DNA of 64,000 nt from Okamejei kenojei (Eukaryota), in the NCBI GenBank assembly GCA_035221665.1, contig CM069146.1, positions 23,064,001 to 23,128,000 of the forward strand, written 5' to 3'. Of this stretch, positions 60,201 through 64,000 are shown piece by piece. Under the pieces are notes generated by a model. The model was not told the DNA's origin. It worked only from the letters and a program-made list of their open reading frames with translations, and did no database searches. Position numbers and translations under genes: made by a program. The number at the start of each line of letters is the position of its first letter. The first letter of the stretch is position 1.

Positions 60201-63137
60201 ATACAGAAGTACAATCCCCAATTAAGTACCGAATGTATAGAAACAGCTGATGCGCCCATATGCAAGAGTAGACAGGTTTAGTTTTAGTTTAGTTTATAGA
60301 TACAATGAGGAAACGAGCCCTTAAGCCCACCAAGTCCGTGCTGACCAATGATCCCCATACACCAGCACTATCCTACCCACGAGGGGAAATTACAATTTTT
60401 ACCAAAGCCAATTAACCTACAAACGTGTACTTCGTTGGGTACCTCCCTCAGCCAACCTTGGGGACACGGAAGGTATGCCTCAGGTCTCCTTGACAGCCCC
60501 TTTGTCCAGCGTTCACCACCGTCGCCAACTCCCACCACCCTTTGGCTCCTGGTCTACGGGGACGAGCAGAGGACAATCTGCAGACAAGTCTCTCACTCCA
60601 GGCGGGTCCCTCGGTTCGGGGGCAAGTGAGCCATGCCTGCTGCCTGCCATGATATGGCAGCAGCTTGGGGCCTTTCAGGAGCGTTTGCCTCGTGAGTCCC
60701 TTCTGGAGTTGAGAACCTTCTTGGGAGCCTTTCTGGGAAGCCTTTAGCAAGCATTGAGTGTGCTGGTAGAGAAGGGACTTGAACCCTGTGAAGGGATATC
60801 AATGGGACTTTGCGTTCCTTTAAGCGATTCAAAATGCCTGTGCTCTCATTCATTGAAATTGCTTCTTTTCATCCTATAATCATTGAGCCACACAGTACAG
60901 GAGATGGGCATTTGGCCCACCCTGTTTGCGTCGGGCTTTGAGTATCTATAGTGGTGTGAAGAAGAGTCCCGAATTGAAATGTCACTTGTCCATTCCCTCC
61001 ACAGCTGCCGCCTGACCCACTGTTCATTCTGTGTTTTGTTGCAGTTCCTTGTGTTTCCAGTGAACCTTTCACTTGGTCTTTTCACACCACTTATCCAAAT
61101 TATCTTTTGAGTATTACTACTGAATAACCTTCCATCAATCATTTTTCACACTGCGTTTCAGATCACATTAAGTACAAGAATATTTCTCAACAGCCTGCTG
61201 AGGTTTTTTTGGCAATTATCTGAATTCTATGCCCTCCCACATTATCCCAATACACANNNNNNNNNNNNNNNNNNNNNNNNNNNNNNNNNNNNNNNNNNNN
61301 NNNNNNNNNNNNNNNNNNNNNNNNNNNNNNNNNNNNNNNNNNNNNNNNNNNNNNNNNNNNNNNNNNNNNNNNNNNNNNNNNNNNNNNNNNNNNNNNNNNN
61401 NNNNNNNNNNNNNNNNNNNNNNNNNNNNNNNNNNNNNNNNNNNNNNNNNNNNNNNNNNNNNNNNNNNNNNNNNNNNNNNNNNNNNNNNNNNNNNNNNNNN
61501 NNNNNNNNNNNNNNNACACTCAAAAGCACACAGATACATAAATACATACTCAGACACACAGAAACAAACAGATACACACACAGGCACAGACAACCAACAA
61601 CAGTATCCCTTTAGTTCTATCAAAGCCTGGACATTCCTAGAACAGTTAGGATCCAATATTGAATTCCGTAATTTCAGACAAAAAACATTTCCTGTTTGTA
61701 TCAGATTTGGCCAGATCTGATGTATTCACCTGCAACATTATCAATGGTAGACACAAAATGCTGGAGTAACTCAGCGGGACAGGCAGCATCTCTGGAGAGA
61801 AGGAATGGGTGGTGTTTTGGGTCAAGACCCTTCTTCAGACTGATGCCAAGGGAGTTGGCGGGACAGAGATAGAATGTAGTCGGAGACAATAAGACTGGTG
61901 GGAGAACTGGGAAAGGGGAAGGGATGGAGAGAGAGGGAAAGCAAGGGTTATATGAAGTTAGAGAAGTCAATGTTCATACCGCTGGGATGTAAGCTACCCA
62001 AGCAAAATATGAGGTGCTGTTCCTCCAAGTTGCACTCGGCCTAACTCTGACAATGGAGGAGACCCAGGACAGAAAGATCAGATTAGGAATGGGAGGGGAA
62101 GTTAAAGTGCTGAGCACAGTGGAGTGGAGATCAGCTAGGTTAAGGCAGACTGAGTGGAGGTGTTCAGCGAAACGATCGCCCAGCCTTTGCGTGTCTCGCC
62201 GATGTACAGGAGTTGACACCTGGAACAGCAGATACAGTAGATGAGGTTGAAGGAGGTGCAAGTGAACCTCTCCCTCGCCTGAAAAAAACTGTCAGGGTCC
62301 TTGGATTGAGTCAAGGGGGGAGGAAAAGGGACAGGTGTTGCATCTCCTGCAGTTGCAGGGGAAAGTACCTGGGGAGTGGGTGATTTGGATGGGAAGGGAC
62401 GAGTTGACCAGGGAGTTGCGGAGGGAACGGTCTTTAAGTGTCTCTCTTACTCTCTCCACATTTCCAACATTGTCTTTACATTGGATTTCAAACACTCTTG
62501 TGTTTTACATCTCAGTCGAGTTGCATTGCTTTTTTTCTCCCCTGCTCTCAATCATCTATTACGCCTACTCTAAACAGATTAACTGTGATTACTGAGCATC
62601 CATTACTCTCTCTCAGATGGCACCAATGGCACCGTTTGACCTGTACTATTCGAGTCTCCCACTATCACACACATTCCCCTTCTCTCCATCTATTTCTCTA
62701 CAACTTGAGACATTTTTTTCCAATTTTTCTAGTTTCTGATGAAGCAACTTTGACCTTGATTTTTAACTCTGTTTCTCTCGCCACGGATGCCGCCCGACCT
62801 GCTGAATGTCTTCGGCAGTTTCTGTTTTAGCTCCAAACCAGTGCTAGAGCATTGATGACCTTAATCATTTGTGTGTCTTCACAAGTCTATCAAGCTTGGA
62901 CAGTTCCAATTCTACAGGCAAATGTTGCCAGATGGATTCTCCTCCCGGAGGTTGTGGAGAGAAGATCCACAGGGGACTGGAGATTAAAATAAAATGGAAC
63001 TTGTTTTGTGCTTTCAGTGGCTCTGAAACCGGTGCAACAACTGACCGTTCGGAATGTGACCCCCCAGAGCGCGGAGGTCAGGTGGACAGGAGCGAGTGGA
63101 GCTACAGGCTACCGATTAAAGTGGGGCCCATCTGCAG
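33273..63137 (+). CDS. COL7A1: Collagen type VII alpha-1-like gene, 5' part: 10 coding exons (signal peptide, vWA, FN3 repeats); continues beyond window
   Basis: Exons 33273-33348, 36261-36441, 40167-40326, 41563-41656, 41767-41928, 42513-42676, 44875-45004, 47377-47496, 59837-59992 and 63018-63137 all have GT-AG borders and join in frame (1363 nt). Motifs match collagen VII NC1 as I recall it: [81 protein letters not shown]. Paralogue identity (col7a1 vs a col7a1-like gene) is not resolved. Confidence 0.9.
33500..33985 (-). mobile_element. CR1 LINE 3' fragment (after the first coding exon)
   Basis: [15 protein letters not shown] on the minus strand; catagaacat tail. Confidence 0.8.
34540..35340 (-). 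mobile_element. Degenerate CR1 fragment including ORF1 esterase (SGNH-like) remnant
   Basis: [10 protein letters not shown] (compare HIGTND) and [16 protein letters not shown]...[10 protein letters not shown] (compare DGLHLN). Confidence 0.65.
35560..35980 (-). mobile_element. CR1 LINE 3' fragment
   Basis: [19 protein letters not shown], and tail. Confidence 0.88.
36261..36441 (+). CDS. COL7A1: Coding exon 2, vWA domain start (MIDAS DGSSS)
   Basis: tttcag/ ... CCCAG/gtaagg; 181 nt; [60 protein letters not shown]. Confidence 0.95.
36897..36979 (+). repeat. Direct duplicate of 36146-36228
   Basis: tgacaataaaacactcttgactcttaaaacgaactgaagtaaaaa.ctgtctgcactagggaaa.caaacaccaatccagtct in both places, with 2 mismatches seen. 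Confidence 0.93.
36984..37507 (-). repeat. Inverted duplicate of 32814-33315, which includes the acceptor, ATG and 43 coding nt of the first coding exon
   Basis: Reverse-complement match over about 500 bp with scattered differences. 36984-37068 is identical to the reverse complement of 33231-33315. Confidence 0.95.
38330..38546. mobile_element. Harbinger-type MITE
   Basis: TAA-agggcccgtctcactttc ... gaaagtgggacaggccct-TAA. Confidence 0.85.
40167..40326 (+). CDS. COL7A1: Coding exon 3, vWA domain
   Basis: tcaaag/ ... CCCAAG/gtaggt; 160 nt; [53 protein letters not shown]. Not in the ORF track. Confidence 0.95.
40895..41135. repeat. Palindromic Penelope-terminus-derived repeat with hammerhead-like core
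   Basis: Fold-back copy. The minus strand of about 40957-40988 reads CAGT-CTGAAGA-AGGGTCCAGACCT-GAAA-TGTC. Confidence 0.75.
41563..41656 (+). CDS. COL7A1: Coding exon 4, vWA domain
   Basis: tttag/ ... GTCG/gtacgt; 94 nt; [32 protein letters not shown]. Confidence 0.95.
41767..41928 (+). CDS. COL7A1: Coding exon 5, vWA domain end
   Basis: ctccag/ ... GAGGA/gtaagg; 162 nt; [53 protein letters not shown]. Confidence 0.95.
42513..42676 (+). CDS. COL7A1: Coding exon 6, FN3 repeat 1 first half
   Basis: ttttag/ ... CAAGAG/gtgagt; 164 nt; [54 protein letters not shown]. Confidence 0.93.
43000..43745 (-). mobile_element. CR1 LINE 3' fragment
   Basis: [31 protein letters not shown]. Confidence 0.9.
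44370..44845 (-). mobile_element. CR1 LINE 3' fragment
   Basis: Similar to the 33500-33985 and 57680-58190 copies; catagaacat tail. Confidence 0.75.
44875..45004 (+). CDS. COL7A1: Coding exon 7, FN3 repeat 1 second half
   Basis: gagcag/ ... GACGA/gtgagt; 130 nt; [43 protein letters not shown]. Confidence 0.95.
46810..47350 (+). mobile_element. CR1 LINE 3' fragment ending just upstream of exon 8
   Basis: Same family as 10235-11015; ttatga tandem tail at about 47334-47352. Confidence 0.82.
47377..47496 (+). CDS. COL7A1: Coding exon 8, FN3 repeat 2 first half
   Basis: tttcag/ ... AGAG/gtttga; 120 nt, phase 1-1; [39 protein letters not shown], with the FN3 W and Y in place. Confidence 0.88.
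47850..48148. repeat. Diverged minisatellite, unit about 26-28 bp
   Basis: About 10-12 degenerate copies of GGGRTACGGGACAGAGAGTGYTTATTCT. Confidence 0.75.
50705..51510 (-). mobile_element. CR1 LINE 3' fragment
   Basis: Reverse complement of the CR1 ORF2 C-terminal region and 3' UTR. Confidence 0.78.
52972..53296 (-). mobile_element. CR1 3' end nested inside a SINE
   Basis: (aaacatag)3 tail and [12 protein letters not shown]. It interrupts a minus-strand SINE at about 52765-53412. Confidence 0.85.
54385..54714. mobile_element. Harbinger-type MITE nested in a CR1 fragment
   Basis: TTA-agggccggtc ... agtgggacagaccct-TTA. The flanks rejoin to CR1-like aaattcTTAtgggacttgacagg. Confidence 0.75.
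57197..57245. repeat. (AG)n microsatellite followed by poly-G
   Basis: Directly visible. Confidence 0.95.
57680..58400. mobile_element. Minus-strand CR1 3' end (about 57680-58190) inserted in an older plus-strand CR1 fragment
   Basis: The catagaac tail and CR1 3' UTR lie on the minus strand. The flanks read as plus-strand CR1 (gatcttatagaggtgtataaaatcatgag). Confidence 0.7.
59837..59992 (+). CDS. COL7A1: Coding exon 9, FN3 repeat 2 second half
   Basis: tctcag/ ... GACAT/gtaagt; 156 nt, phase 1-1; [51 protein letters not shown] (L.P.TEY.V FN3 motif). Confidence 0.9.
61257..61515. other. Assembly gap (259 N), flanked by AC-rich simple repeat
   Basis: Run of N; acac-rich sequence follows at 61516-61600. 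Confidence 0.99.
61740..62430 (-). mobile_element. Penelope-like retroelement fragment (GIY-YIG endonuclease region plus terminal repeat)
   Basis: Minus-strand [13 protein letters not shown] and [10 protein letters not shown], typical of the PLE linker/GIY-YIG region. It is contiguous with the gctggagtaactcagcggg terminal sequence at 61750-61845. Confidence 0.8.
63018..63137 (+). CDS. COL7A1: Coding exon 10, FN3 repeat 3 first half
   Basis: tttcag/ ... TGCAG/gtgaga; 120 nt; [39 protein letters not shown]. Confidence 0.9.
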
Positions 63138-63269
63138 GTGAGAATACCTGACCACTCCAGACATCTAAAGAGAGTGGGCCATGTGGGCACAGTGACCATC
63201 TCACTGGGCTTGTGATCCCAAGACCTGGACCACTGATTGTGAGACATTCAGACCCTACCAGTACACCTT

Positions 63270-63566
63270 AGACCCTGTAGAGATACAGCGCGGAAGCAGG
63301 CCCTTCAGCCCACCTGGTCCACGCCGCCCAGCGATTCTATACACTAGTTCTATCCCACACACCAGGGACAATTTACAGAGGCCAATTAACCTGCAAACCT
63401 GTACGTCTCTGGAGTGTGGGAGGAATCGGGAGCATGGGGAGGAAACCCCAACGGTCACAGGGAGACCGTACAAACTCTGTACAGACAGCACCCTTAGCCA
63501 GGATCGAACCCGGGTCTCCGGCGCTGTGAGGCAGCAACTCTACCGCTGCACCACCATGCCGCCCTA
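63270..63566 (-). mobile_element. Near-complete tRNA/V-domain SINE with CR1-like tail
   Basis: The minus strand runs gggcggcatggtggtgcagcggtagag ... gggttcgatcc ... gggctgaagggcctgcttccgcgctgtatctcta. Confidence 0.88.
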
Positions 63567-64000
63567 CTTGGGGAATTTAAGTTAAACTAACGATAAATCT
63601 GATTTTTAAAAATCTAATCTCAATTATAGTGGGCATAAAACTATAATCTATCTACAGTATATATTCTAACCAGCGTACGGGTGAACAATGGTCACCGTGA
63701 ACTCGGTGGGCCGAAGGGTCTGTTTCTACGCCGTATCTCTAAGCTGATCGAAACTAAACTAAAAATTGAGAGAAAGTGCAGAAGTAATTTTTAAGCCAGT
63801 TTTATTATATTCTCACCAATGTTTCGTTTTGCAAATACTGTAAAAACAAATCAAACAAAAAAATAGGGTACACAAGAAATTGCAGATGGTAGAATCCTCA
63901 ACTAAACACAAAGTGCTGGAGGAATGCAGCAGGTTGATGCACTCTGACTGGTTTACCAGTAATAGTTTAATATAAACTTGTTTTCCTGACTTTCTCTGGG

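Noticed and set aside
61187-61720. ORFs spanning the poly-X region
   Set aside because: Artefacts of the N gap.
1-64000. Most short ORFs in the six-frame track as genes
   Set aside because: They are translations of CR1, SINE, Rex1-like and Penelope-derived repeats or antisense shadows. Only the collagen exons and the Tc1, DIRS and LINE remnants have recognisable motifs.

Overview
Eukaryotic, repeat-dense genomic DNA. The repeat families (CR1/HER1-type LINEs, tRNA/V-domain SINEs with CR1-like tails, Rex1-like and Penelope-derived fragments) point to a cartilaginous fish, probably a skate or ray; this is inference. No prokaryotic operons, CRISPR arrays or rRNA genes are seen. The one host gene is the 5' part of a collagen VII alpha-1 (COL7A1-like) gene on the + strand. 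Ten GT-AG coding exons between 33273 and 63137 splice into one open frame: signal peptide, vWA domain, two FN3 repeats and half of a third, then run off the window. Upstream lie a full-length but dead Passport-type Tc1 transposon (12745-14354) and a structurally complete, internally deleted DIRS1-type tyrosine-recombinase retrotransposon (24706-28680) whose internal complementary region and AAAAT crossover site are readable. Most interesting observations: (1) an inverted duplicate in intron 2 that is perfectly complementary over 85 nt to the splice acceptor and start codon of the signal-peptide exon; (2) an apparently extra FN3 module relative to human COL7A1; (3) many palindromic Penelope-derived repeats carrying minimal hammerhead-ribozyme-like cores; (4) a Harbinger-type MITE family with TAA/TTA target duplications. 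I found no wholly new biological system that I can support. Boundaries of degenerate repeats are approximate, and family names come from recall, not database search.
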